Source: Paraspadella gotoi | Lineage: Eukaryota; Animalia; Chaetognatha | DNA: 64,000 nt | Assembly: GCA_051294375.1 (NCBI GenBank) | Contig: CM119270.1 | Coordinates: 8,111,063-8,175,062 of the forward strand | Reading direction: 5' to 3' | Shown: piece by piece, positions 47,192 through 59,165 of the stretch | How positions within the stretch are numbered: position 1 is the first letter of the stretch | Layout of the letters: each line of letters opens with the position of its first letter | Made by a program: the position numbers and the translations under genes | Notes under the pieces: model-generated | The model's input: only the letters and a program-made list of their open reading frames with translations | What the model was told of the DNA's origin: nothing | The model's database searches: none

Positions 47192-48999
47192 GCTCTCTAT
47201 AAGATGATAGATTTTCCGGGTGGCGAATTCACGACCTCCAACTCATCGCTCCCGGCGCGGAAACTAATCGATGCCATTCACCCACATTTCCCCACAAAAA
47301 ACGACACCCCCCTACCACCCACGCCACATCGACCCCACACAGGAAACAGCCTCACCCATCAAAAGCCCTTTGGTCTGGCACAATTGTTGCCATTCAAATT
47401 GAGTCTGGCACTAATGATACACATCATATCGCGTCTGAATATCGTATCCATTTAAATAACCAAGTCTGGAATACAAAATTTATGCCATTTCAAATTAAGC
47501 ATGGCACAAATTTACGCCTTGCTATTCAAGATCTGCCACCAACTGTGTGTCTTGCATCCTTTTGATGACCATTAAAAATTGTTATGACAACAATATGTTT
47601 ATGACACTTAAATCGACTGTTTTCTTTTTAAGTTTATTTCTCACTTTATTTCCCTCTCCCGCTAATCACGGTCTATTTCCCTCTCTCCTTATTCTTGCTT
47701 CCAATATTTCTCCGTCCTCACTTCGCTGACAAAGCAAAACGTTCTCGGCCAATCATCATTACATCGGCGATGGGCTTCCCACTCCAAAATCCTCCGCACT
47801 CCTTCCTCCCTTTCCTTAATCTATGAAGATTAAATCCCCGCTTCCCCGCTTCCCCACTTCCCCATTCCCCCTTCCTCCCGCCCTACTCCCGCTCATGAAT
47901 GACATGTTCGAAATAACAAGAGGCGTCGGCCTTTCGAGGCGAATAACGGATTTTCTCTAAGAAGAAAAAACTGCTCTTTTCCCAATTTTTAATAACATTT
48001 AGTACGAAATATACTAAAAAAATATGCTATACAGCGAAACTGAAAAGTAATTAATTCATATTTCGAATTTGTTTTTCTAATAGCACACTCTCTTTCTCAA
48101 ACTTAAAAGCGAAAAAAAAAAAAACAAATAAAACGTTTTGATGTTAGTTTATTATAAGATTTATGTTCGCCCAAGCAAAAGATTCCTTCGCCAAATATTT
48201 CGAACATCTTTTAAGTCTATCAAAAGTCTCACAATAAAACTCATTCAAAATTCTAAGGATCCAAGAACATATTTTTTCGAGGCAAACAAAACGCGCCGAT
48301 TTGGCGAGAGCGCACGCGCGAAACCGTCATAAACACTGAATTACTTCTCCTTCCGAAAATCTTTTCCATTAGTTTCCCCTATAAAACGTCGAGGAGTCAC
48401 CGGATCGCAGCACAAAACCGGAGGGAGGCCGGGGCTTTCCTCCTCTCTCAGCTAAGACATTTTTTAAATTCCAGATGGCTCAGTTGTTTTTTTTTTTTGT
48501 TTTTTTTTTTTTTAACTGCCGCTTAAGTTTTCGGAAAATTGCAAAAGTGACTTGCAAAGTTCTTGTTCTGCTATGTTAAGTACTAGATTATAAATGTTAG
48601 ATATTTAATTAATAAATTTTAAGCTTATTTTACATTATCTATTCTTGAAATGGATATAAGGATGTTAGTGTTGGTCTACTGGAAACAGAGGAAACCATCT
48701 ATACAACATCAAAGTTAAAAATAACTCTCTTTCTGCTTTAGGTTTCCCTTTTTTGACATTATATAATATATAAAATATATATATATATTATATATATATA
48801 ACGGAAGTCAATTTATGACGAATCTAAATATTTTAATTGTCTTCTATTCTTTTTTCTAGTTCCCTCGTCCCACAAGTCTTAATATCTCTTCATCTCCGAA
48901 TTATCCACAATCACAACACCTCTATTTTACAACACCCAACCCCACCCACCACCTCTCTCTCATCAGCCTTTCACTCCCCCACCCTCACCTTCCACCTCC

Positions 49000-49500
49000 C
49001 CCTTTACCAGGACTCGAGGGTCCGATCGTGTTTAGCTTAGTCGAAGGAAGAGGAATGCTCACACGCTTCGCCAGCCCGGAGCGACGTTGCTGGGGCTGGA
49101 GAGGGCGTGGGGTGGGGTGATTAGAAGAGAGAGGTGGGGGAATCGAGTGGGCGGGGCGTCGAGAGATTAAAAGGATAAGGAGGAAAGACCGTGGGCTGAT
49201 CGATTCAATTATCGCTGGGTGTTGAAAAATATGTTGGGTGTTCATAAAGCTGAAGGTTACCATTTTAGAAGCCGGGAGAACAGACGTGAAAGACAGCTGG
49301 TTGATAAAACGTAAAGATTGCCGGTTGGAAAATATCAGTATTAAGCGGCTGGTATATATAGAACTAGCACTTTTGATCTCGAGTGTAAGTGTTGTACTGT
49401 TCAAGTCCGAGTTAACGAAGATTCTAGTGGAAGACTGCGAATAACCGTTTTGGGGATTTTTCCTTGAGCTTTAAATGACAAACATTTAAAGGAGGACAGC
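49000..49500 (-). mobile_element. Possible very degraded non-LTR retrotransposon 3' relic (second copy ~60500-61000)
   Basis: Fragments STRIFV, RQSLRFIN, NLQLYE and PAIIES, followed by a C-rich tail, resemble RT C-terminal regions. Motif support is weak. Confidence 0.25.
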
Positions 49501-50409
49501 GTTCACATAGCCACCGACGTTTGATTAACGGCATAAATACATCAAAGATGTTAAACATTGCGGCCTTCTAAAAGTATTCGGTGTGGATGAAAAATAATAA
49601 AAGTGGCATATTCTAATATTTTAATTTGAATGAATCATCTCATTGATAATTCGGAAAATCTGGTCTATCCTCCACGTGACCCTTAAATGAGGTGAAACCA
49701 AATTGTTGAAGACGAAGAAATGACTAATTTCTTTTGCAAGTTTTCGTCAGAGGTTTCGTTTTTTATGTGCTTTATGCAAACGGAGAAAGTATGAAGTCGA
49801 CAACTTTCCCCTCTCCCGTTTTGAAACCTTCTTTTTAACCCAAGATTCCTTTTTAACCTTACTCCCGAGTTGTATACTCACCGCAAAACACGTTTCACGC
49901 AGTGTGTAAAGTCCATTAGAATAATTAAATCTCTATCGGATTAGAAAAAATGAAAAAAACATCTCTCTAAACAAGTTTATATAAAACAAAAACGTAAGGA
50001 CAACGTAGAGCTTGCGGTGAGAAAATTTGCGATCATTGGATTCATGTGGCAGTAAAGCGTTGCGGACAAATGGACACGAGGCGGCACGAATGACAGCTAA
50101 ATGACACGTGACACAGCGCCGACGCGACGAGGCGGCGGCCGGCGAACGTTGAAAGATGAAACGGCTCTAAATTTAGCCAAGTAAGGCGAAGATTTGCCGC
50201 CGCGGCGGCTCCGGCGGCCGGCTGCTCGGCTCGGCGAGGGCCGAAAAGTGATGTCACGTGGCGACGCAGAAGCGAAGACGACGTGACAGATCGCTGTCAG
50301 CCGTCTTTTTAGATGGCGTGAGGCGATTTGGACGAAAAAAAGGGAGCAAATGGCAAGGAAGGTTGAAAAGGCAGTGGGGAAAGATTGGTGGTTTTGCCGT
50401 TAAATAATG

Positions 50410-50765
50410 GCTATAGGAGTGGTGAAAGGGATGCGCGAGCGAGAGTGAAAACAAGTGCGCAATGGGGGCAGTGACAGGACGGCAACATTGAGAGGTGAAA
50501 GAAGTAAGCAATGGGGGACAGTGAAAGGGCTGAGGCCAAATGAGAGATGAAAGCAGCGGCAATGAGAGGAGAAAGAAGTAGCAAGGGGCAGTGAAAGGCA
50601 TGCAGCAACACCCAGACGAGAATCGGACAACCCACCAGTGCAGTGGGGGCAGTGAAAGGGATGGCAAAATGACACGAAGTGAACGCCACGTAACCAACCC
50701 CAACAACAACCTGAAAGGGGTGGCGATTTAACAAGTGAAGGCGGTGTGCAATGGGGACGGTGAAA
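50410..50765. repeat. ~46-bp minisatellite (GCAATGGGGGCAGTGAAAGGGATGGCAAATGAGAG...), copy in duplication 1
   Basis: Recurrent GCAATGGGGGCAGTGAAAGGG core. Confidence 0.8.
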
Positions 50766-52230
50766 GATGTGGAAATGAGCCGGAAGAGTTGAGGCGAATG
50801 GGATCGGAGTCTGCGATGGGAGGGGGAGGAGTCGCCCGGATCGCCGGGCTCGTGCACAGGGCGCGGCATATGAGTGATCCCACGAGAGTTACCGCGACTT
50901 TTCTTGTGAAAGAACAAAAAAAGAAACGAAAAACGAGAGCGTTACAACTGATCAGGGGAGTGTCGGTGGAGATTGAAGAGATTGAAGACTGGAGATGACA
51001 GACTCGCAGCGGCCGTTGGCGAAGGCGATGCTTGTCCAGACCCGTCGGCGTGCAGTGGGAACGAGATTTGCGGGCGCGGAACTGGGTCAGTCTGTTCATA
51101 AAGGAAGAGAGAGGACGAGGAGAGAGCATGAGAGGAGGAGAGAGAGAGAGACGAGAGAGGACGAGACGACCGCCGATCGAGACGAGACGACCGAACGAGC
51201 GTTGAGGTTCGGTGACCCTATGATCCTGTCATTCACTCCGGTCGTCGTTCACGTCAAACAGTCGCCTTTCTTTTGCCCTCACGATTCTCGAAGCCTTGCG
51301 TCGCCGGATTGCTATTTCTTTTCTTTTCTTTTCTTTCTTTTCTTTCTTTCTTTTCTTTTCTTTTCTTTCTTTCTTTTCTTTCTTTTCTTTCTTTTCTTTT
51401 CTTTTTTTTCTTTTCTTTTCTTTTTTTTTTTCTTTCTTTTCTTTTTTTCTTTTCTTTTCTTTATCTTTTCTTTTCTTTTCTTTTCTTTCTTTTCCTTTCC
51501 TTTTCTTTCTTTTCTTTTACTATTACCGTTTCCGGTGCCGGTCGGTCTGTCTGGCTGATTTGTTAAGTCCTTCGGTCTGGCATCCTACCTGTCTGTCTTT
51601 CCGTCGGTCGAATCGGTCTATTCGTCAATCAGTCCAAGTTGACGTTTTAAATTCCGCACCAGCTTGTTTCATACTTAGGAGTCGGGTGACCACGCACAAA
51701 GGCGCTTGAAAAATCACATGACAGAAGCCAATGCGGTCTTTTATTCTTAAAACTTAATATTTTAGGTAAGTACTTTACCAATCAAGTGTCAAAACCAGTA
51801 GATTCTGGCTGTGAATTAATCAGACTTGTGTAGTCACGTGATCATCTAGAGAAATGCAGCAAATAAAAAAAGTAACTGCGACGGAACACCTTTAACTTTT
51901 TTTGGTTTTTTTGTTTTTGTTTTTATCGTTTTCACTTATTTTTTTGTCGTCATTTCTTTTTCTTCCGTCTATCGTCCTCATTCATTAATTCGTCTCCGTG
52001 TTCTTCTCTTGAGAAAAAAAATCACCGGAAGTCAAAACTGGGAGAGCGAGAAATGACGCGAACTTTCGGGGAACTTTTTTCTTTTTTTTCTCTTTTTTTT
52101 TCTTTTTTTGGTTTTGAGAAAACTAAACAAGAAGAACTCTTAGTTGTTCCTGTCTACCGTTATGAAATGCGCAAAAATAATTTCCTCCTCTCTTTCTCTC
52201 TTTCTCCTCTTTCTCTCTGCTCTTCTCTCT

Positions 52231-52292
<62 letters not shown>

Positions 52293-52779
52293 CTTCTCAG
52301 AAATCAGCGAGATTGCAAAGGCTCCGGCCGTCGTGGACCGCGCGCAGCGTTCCCTACTTAATGTAATTACCCGAATATGAAGGCTCCCTTGGTGAACCCG
52401 AGCCCAGAGAGAAGAGAGATGAGGTGAGGGAGCGAGGAAGAGAGAAAAGAGGGAAGGGAAAGACAAAGAGGAGACGGACGAGCTCGAAGAGAGAGAAGAG
52501 AGAGAGACAGATGAGTGAAAGGGAGAGAACAGTCTATATGAAGGCAGGGAGACTTCGAGGATAAAAAGAAAAATGAAAGCGCTGAGAAAGAAGAGATACG
52601 AAAAGAAGAGAAATTGTAAATTTGGGAGAAAAGAGGAGGGGGCCAGAAAGAGAGAGAGGGACACACGGAGAGACAAATAAAGAGAGAGAGAGGGAGAGAG
52701 AAGATGAGAGAAGAGAGAGAGAGAGAAGAGAGACAGAGGAGGAGTACTCGAGAGAGAGAGAGAGAATGAGGGGGGATTC

Positions 52780-53300
52780 GTTTTAGGCGAAGGGACCCGT
52801 CCCAGGATGGTTAGGGCCAAAAACTTCGTAGACGAAACCTCGCCTTTCGTATGATGGCGGGACGTTGCGATGTAGGGCGGCAGGACGAGGAGGCCGAAGA
52901 GATGGATCCTGGAGGTGTAAGGTGGGGGTGCGGTTTAGGGTGGTAAGTTTGCGGGGTTCGTCGCGAGAGTAAGGGTCTATGGCTGGAATGTCGAGTTGAG
53001 GGGATTTTTGGGCTATAGATGGGAAGACGGTGAAGATTGGATCAGATCTGAAAGATCCAAAAAAGGAAAGCGCGTTTGATATTTTCAATTGTGATTTATC
53101 AAATATCTAGAATGGGATGAGACTGACGAGTGAGGGCGTATGAATCGTATGATATATCTTCATTATCAGAAGTTGCAAATTGAAATGGCGTTGAGAAGAC
53201 TCCAGGTCTGTTGCGAGAACAGCAACAAACAAAACAACGACGAGACGGACCCAATGACCAATCACACACCTCGCGAGAAAGGGTTCGGGGTCAAAAGTGG
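52780..53300 (-). mobile_element. Degraded non-LTR retrotransposon (LINE) 3' fragment, RT C-terminal region
   Basis: Minus strand reads LLIMKIYHT/FIRP, resembling L..IYK.FIRP.LEY, then SHPIL and HRLPIYSP, then a C-rich 3' region ending at a CT tract. Frameshifted. Confidence 0.5.
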
Positions 53301-53503
53301 CAACTGCGGATTCGAGACTTAGCATTGAGAACAGAATGGAGAAGGCGAACAAGGACAAGGTGGGACAAGTAGTTAGAAGGCGGTTGAAATAAATATGCTC
53401 TCTTTGTTTTTTTCTCTCTCTCTCTCTAACTTGCATAGGATATTTAACTTTGAGATACATTTAGACATTAGATTCTCCTCAGGGACATTAAAATTATATG
53501 TAC

Positions 53504-53644
53504 CTCGAAAGTAGCGATGAAGCAAATGCTGATAAGGTGAATGATCAACTGAGTTTTGGTCAGACAGCAATCGGTGATGACCAACATGCCTTGGATCCCA
53601 ATCACCATGTGACTCACGCCGAGAATCGTCACTAAAAACCATTC
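53504..53644 (-). CDS. Exon 2 of the four-TM protein gene: EWFLVTILGVSHMVIGIQGMLVITDCCLTKTQLIIHLISICFIATFE
   Basis: ttgttgcctcAG|GAA...GAG|GTACAT; 141 nt, phase 0/0, open, with two hydrophobic segments. Confidence 0.72.
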
Positions 53645-53795
53645 CTGAGGCAACAATTAATTATTGACAGCTTTTTTGGCTGATCAACGGTAGGTGGATT
53701 TCAGTCCACCATAACAGTTAATACTCAATAATTTAATCAATCAACCAACTTTAATTCAATCAATCAATCAAATGCCAACTGCACCGCAACCGCAC

Positions 53796-53930
53796 CCCGG
53801 CGTGATTCTCCTCCGTGATCATGAGGACGAGTCCCGCGACGAAGGCGATGAAGCCGACGATGATGTGGAGGGAATCCACGACTCGCGCCGTCGTCTTGAG
53901 GACGGGTTTGTCCAATTGACCCGGGGACAT
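53796..53930 (-). CDS. First coding exon of the four-TM protein gene: MSPGQLDKPVLKTTARVVDSLHIIVGFIAFVAGLVLMITEENHAG
   Basis: ATG at 53930; 135 nt open with GC3-rich codons in an AT-rich context; one clear TM helix; donor GGG|GTGCGG in phase 0, matching exon 2. Confidence 0.72.
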
Positions 53931-54863
53931 GACCTCCGCCTCAGTTGATCCGCCTCTTCTTTTAAATTAGTCCCTATCACTTCCTCTCTTCTATTATATT
54001 CATGGCTCTCCTTTTATTTGTCACATTTATTGGTTGACTTGAAAAAAAAAATTGTTTTGCTGCCGAACTATCTTTCATCGTTACATGGCCCAACTAAGTT
54101 TCAATTATTATTTTTTTCGGTATTCGCAATTTCTGCGACTAAATCTTAAGACTTTTCCATCTTAGAGGGTTAAAAACAGGCCTTGATTATAATTGTGCGA
54201 CTATAATGTCGTCCTGTCTAAAATTTTAAATTAATTCTTAGGATATTTTCTAAAAATATTTTTTCACATAGAGAGTCCTTAATAAAAAGTTTCATTAGTA
54301 AACTAGATGACGTCTCCGCCTAAGCGATAGTCACGGCTATACCGCTTTAGTTAATTACATTAATGCCTCTATTTAGTTTTTATTACCTTGTATTTCTTTC
54401 GTTTATGCTCTTAACTTTTTTCTTTTATATATATTCGTTTCGGTAATTCGTATTGATATACGTCAATATTTACAATTTTCTTTTGCGATTCTGACCAACG
54501 GATCCTCCTCCCCCTCCTCCTCAACCTCCTTCTCCTTCTCCGTTTCCTCCTCCTCCACCTCCTCCTCTCCTCCTTCCCCTCCTCTTCTACCTCCTTCCCC
54601 GACTCCTACTACTTCTCCTTGTTTTTCCGTCCGCAGCCCTGCCTAAAAACTTGTTAGGGTTTCTTTTTGATAAATTGATACATTAATGATATTTATTGAC
54701 AATACATGGTCAAGTTGTTTTTTATTGACAAAATTTATATTTATATGTAATATAACTTTGAGTCTTGCCGAAGGAGTCCTAGACACTGTAAAGTCACGTG
54801 AGAGAGAGAAAGAAGAAGAGAGAGAGAGAGAGAGGAAGAAATAGAGAGAGAGAGAGAGAAGAG

Positions 54864-54911
<48 letters not shown>

Positions 54912-54986
54912 AGTGGGGGTGGAAAGATGAGGTCGAATCAAAGTAAAAGCCACTTACTGAAAAACCTGCCAACTTTCCGCAGGAAC

Positions 54987-57412
54987 TGATATGTTGCATC
55001 TCCCAAATCCTCCGCCCGCGGCGGGGCGGCTCTAGGGCCGCCCCAGGGGGCAGACTATTCCCAGGGGAACAGCAAAATGGTCATTGAGGGGGGCGCCCCC
55101 TGCTGGATTGCCCTCAGGGGGCCCGCCCCAGGGGGGTTCCGCCCTGGGGCCTAACATTTTTGGTCTATTAGGGGCGCCCCTAAATGCTTAGCCCCCTGGG
55201 GCCAAAAAAAAGTCTGCCCCTGGGGGTAACCCTTGGGGAGCCAAATAAACTGCTCCCCAGGGGCGAGTTAAAGATGAGAGCAAGTTTAGATGAGAGAAAA
55301 TATACTTTCTGAACTATGTTGATTATATTATAAGAAATTTCTCCCTGTCTGTTACTCTCTCTTTCTCTCTCCCTTTGTTTCTTTTCTCTCTCTTTTCTCT
55401 CTCTCTTTTTCTTTCATCTCTTTTTCTCATTCACTCTTTCTTTTTTTTTCTCTCTCTCTTTTTTTCTCTCTCTATAGTCTTTTTTTTTCTCTCTCTTTCA
55501 TAGACTTGTTTTAAATGTAACTGACTTAAATATACATATTTTTAAAATTATTGTTAAACGTAGTATTATTTCATAATTTACTAAAATTATATTATTTGTA
55601 TTTTTAACCCAATTATTTATTTCAAGTTAAAAGATATAGAGAACAAGTTTAGCAAACAATGTAGGACGTAGCGGCACAACAAATTTAGTGGATATAAAGC
55701 TAACTCAGTCAATTTGTCTTCTTTTTTTTGTCTTTTTTTATCTTTTTTTTTTTTAATTTTTTTTAATTTTTTTTTATTTGAATTGGACATACTGTAAGAC
55801 TGATAGAGGACATAATTTTTTTAAAAAAATATTCATAATTTTGATGTTTTAAAAAAAAAATTAAATAAATCACCAAACAAATAATGGCAGTGACTGACAG
55901 ACAACTTAGTGAAATATGGAGTCCCTCCAAAAAAACAATAAAAACTATTCATCAACACTTCAACGAGTTTTAACATTGTAAAATAAATTTTATTTTATTT
56001 AAGATTTGTAATTATAATCGTCAGTTTGTAGATTGTTTAAGATGAACTCACGTTGTTAAGTAAGAGGCTGACGATTTGAGAGAGAGAGTGAGAAAAACTT
56101 TATATCTAGCTTCAATCACATACTTTTTTACCCACACAGACAAGATTTTTATTCCAATCCATCTATTTAATCACGAATAACTTGGAGTTTAATGCTAATA
56201 TAGGTGGACTTAAAGACTGATATTAATTATTAATTCAATTAAATATTTTTTAATTAATTATTTTTTATAAGTGATTAAAAATTAAAACCAATCCTCACTC
56301 TTTATTCTATAAAATTTATTAGATAAATTTGTAAATTTGGGTAGAAAGAATGAAGTGAGTTTAAATGGAAAACAAAAGAGTTACTTTTACTTGAACATTA
56401 TTAAAAATTTTTTGCAGCTCTATTTCTCGTACTCTCTTTTTTTAATTTCTATCGGATAAATTATTAATTTAGCTAATGTTTAAGCTTGATTGTTGACGCA
56501 AATTATGTATTTTGACCAAATTATCCAAGTTGTTCCAAATTATCTAAGTTGACCAAATTAACAAGTCTGACCAAAATATGACTGTTGACTAAATTAAGCA
56601 ATTAACGCAATTTATACCAGTTGACCAATTATGCAATTGACAAATCTTATGAAATTGCCAAAATTATGCAAGTTGACAAATTATGCGAGTTGATTTTAAT
56701 TATGCAATTGATTAAATTATGCAGTTTAACCAAATATGAAAGCTTACCAAATTATGAAAGTTTACCAAATTATTAAAGTTTACCAAATTATAAAAGTTTA
56801 TCCAATTATGAAGGTGTAACCAATTAAGCAATTAACTAAATTATACAAAAATTACCAATTATGAAAGTTTCCAAATTATAAAAGTTTACCGAAATATTGT
56901 AAAAGTTGATTAAATTATATCAGTTGACCAGATTTATGTCAGTTTGACCAAATTATGTCAATTGACTAAATTATGGCAAGGTAATCCAAATTATGGCAAG
57001 TTGGTATTGGTGCAGCTTATTGGTTCATTGAGGTGGTGATTAATTGAAGTGAAAATATTATTTTTATTTTTATATTTTTATTGTAATGAAGATGAAATAG
57101 AAAAATAGATAGAGAAAGAGAGCAGAGAGAGGGAGAGAGAAAGAGAGAGTAGAGGGAGAGAGAGATAGGAGGAGAGCAGAGCCGTTCCAGGGGGCAGGAA
57201 AATCCATCCCCCTGGGGTAGCCCCAGGGGGCAAGGTTTTTTCTAGCCCCTGGGGGATTCCCCTGGAGTGGCGCCTTGGGGCTCAAAAAAAGAGGCTACAG
57301 GGGACGCCCTAGATCGGTAAGGATTTGCCTGCCCCTCGGGCCGCCCCGGGAGCCACCCGCGCGGGCCGCCCCCAGCACCGCCCCCGGGGAAGCGATTCTG
57401 AAGATGACATCA
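54987..57412. mobile_element. Non-autonomous TIR element (~2.4 kb) with palindromic subterminal repeats, present in only one duplicate copy
   Basis: Empty site CCAACTTTCCCGGAACGTGAC at ~45714-45734. The filled site is flanked by ~CTTCCGGAAC on both sides (degenerate at 54974-54986; 57413-57422). The ends TGATATGTTGCATCT / AGATGACATCA are imperfect IRs. Many CCCCWGGGG motifs lie at 55040-55265 and 57185-57390. No ORF. Confidence 0.7.
56495..57003. repeat. 18-bp degenerate satellite (ACCAAATTATGCAAGTTG-like) inside the TIR element
   Basis: For example TACCAAATTATGAAAGTT TACCAAATTATTAAAGTT TACCAAATTATAAAAGTT; the array spans ~500 bp. Confidence 0.9.
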
Positions 57413-57448
57413 CTTCCGGAACCGTGACGTCTTCAGAAAGAGAGAGAG

Positions 57449-57511
<63 letters not shown>

Positions 57512-57777
57512 GAGAGAGAGGGAGAGAGAGAGAGTAATAATCTGGATGGAGAAAAAAAGTCTTAAAAAAAGTCATATAGGAAAGATATATAGAAAGGTAG
57601 AAAAGTTTCTTTCATCTTTCTCATGATTATACATACAGAATAAGAACAAAACTAAAGAAAACTACAGTTGAAAAAGAAGGGGAAAAAAGGAAAGAAGGAG
57701 AAAAGAAAAGAAAAAAAAAGGAAATGAAAATAAAATTAAAAGAGATAATTAAAGAAAGAAAGAAAGAAAGAAAGAAA

Positions 57778-57808
<31 letters not shown>

Positions 57809-57814
57809 AAAAAA

Positions 57815-57854
<40 letters not shown>

Positions 57855-58328
57855 CTGAAAAGAAGATAGATCTTGAGAAAAAAAGCTTCTACTTGAGTTG
57901 CTCTTCCGATGGTCACGTCTAAGCCGTGAAATGGTGCATAAACAGGGAAAGCGCTGGCAGCAGATATGATATAATGAATACAAATAGGCTCGGGATATTC
58001 GGGGTGGTTCTGGGAGGCCACTGTCCACCTCCCCTCTCACTCTCTCACTCTCTCGTGATTATGGTGCGATATGAAGTTGCGGGAAACCGGATCCCTAAAA
58101 CGGTCTCGCCACCATTAGATCCTTTGGCCCCGAAGTGAGCATGAAAATTTGGAGATACTTGTGCACGCGGTGTAAAGTATCATCTCACTCTCTCTCACTT
58201 TCTATTTGTCTCGCTCGTTCTCGCTCTTTCTCTTTGTCTTTTTTAAAATTGTATTTAATTCTAAGTCTATATTCTTTATATTTTATTACTATTCATGTTT
58301 CTCTGTTTTTTTGTTATTTTTCATATTT

Positions 58329-58420
<92 letters not shown>

Positions 58421-58775
58421 TCATATTAACCATTTTTCCTCAACTTCTCCTTTATACATTCTTTATACATTTTTTCTCCCTTTTTTCCTTCATCGACTTT
58501 CGTAGCATAATTTTTTTTTCTCCGACAAAGAAAACAATGACGCGACTGAATCAAGGATTTTTTATTCCCGGGGACAAAACTACTACACTAATGCGTCACG
58601 CGATTCGCTTCTCACTTTTTAATCAGCGTAATTGAATTTAATGTTTTAATAAATAAAAAAAGCGAGAATAAGACTGTATCGATAAAAAATGGTCGAAATC
58701 TTTTATCTATAATGAAATTAGCTTTTGGTTTCTTTTTCTTAAAAACATATAAATGTCATATTTATTCTCTCTCCT

Positions 58776-58829
<54 letters not shown>

Positions 58830-58930
58830 TCTCTCTCTCTCTCTTCTCTCGCTCTCTATAAGATGATAGATTTTCCGGGAGGCGAATACACGACCTCCAA
58901 CTCATCGCTTCCGGCGCGGAACTAATCGAT

Positions 58931-59165
58931 GCCATTCAAATTGGGTCTGGCACCAATTGTTGCCATTCAAATTGAGTCTGGCACTAATTGATACCATTCA
59001 TATCGCGTCTGGAATCATCGTATTCCATTTTAACCAAGTCTGGAATTAAATTTATGCCATTCAAATTAAGCATGGCACAAATTTACGCCTTGCTATTCAA
59101 GTCTGCCACCAACTGTTGTCATTTAACTTGTGTCTTGCATCCTTTTGATGCCATTAAAATTGTTT
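58931..59165. repeat. ~31-bp degenerate tandem repeat GCCATTCAAATTGAGTCTGGCACxAATTGxT (also ~47272-47580)
   Basis: About 7 units recognisable by the recurring GCCATT...GTCTGG. Confidence 0.75.

Larger units (their letters stand above)
44180..52690. repeat. Large direct duplication, copy 1 (>=8.5 kb)
   Basis: CTCTAACTTGCATAGGATATTTAACTTTGAGATAC...GGAGACAAATAAAGAGAG is collinear with 53412-64000. Confidence 0.95.

Noticed and set aside
51715-52035. CCAAT, CACGTG and CCGGAAGT motif cluster as a promoter (duplicated at ~63030-63355)
   Set aside because: Short motifs with no linked transcript or exon evidence.
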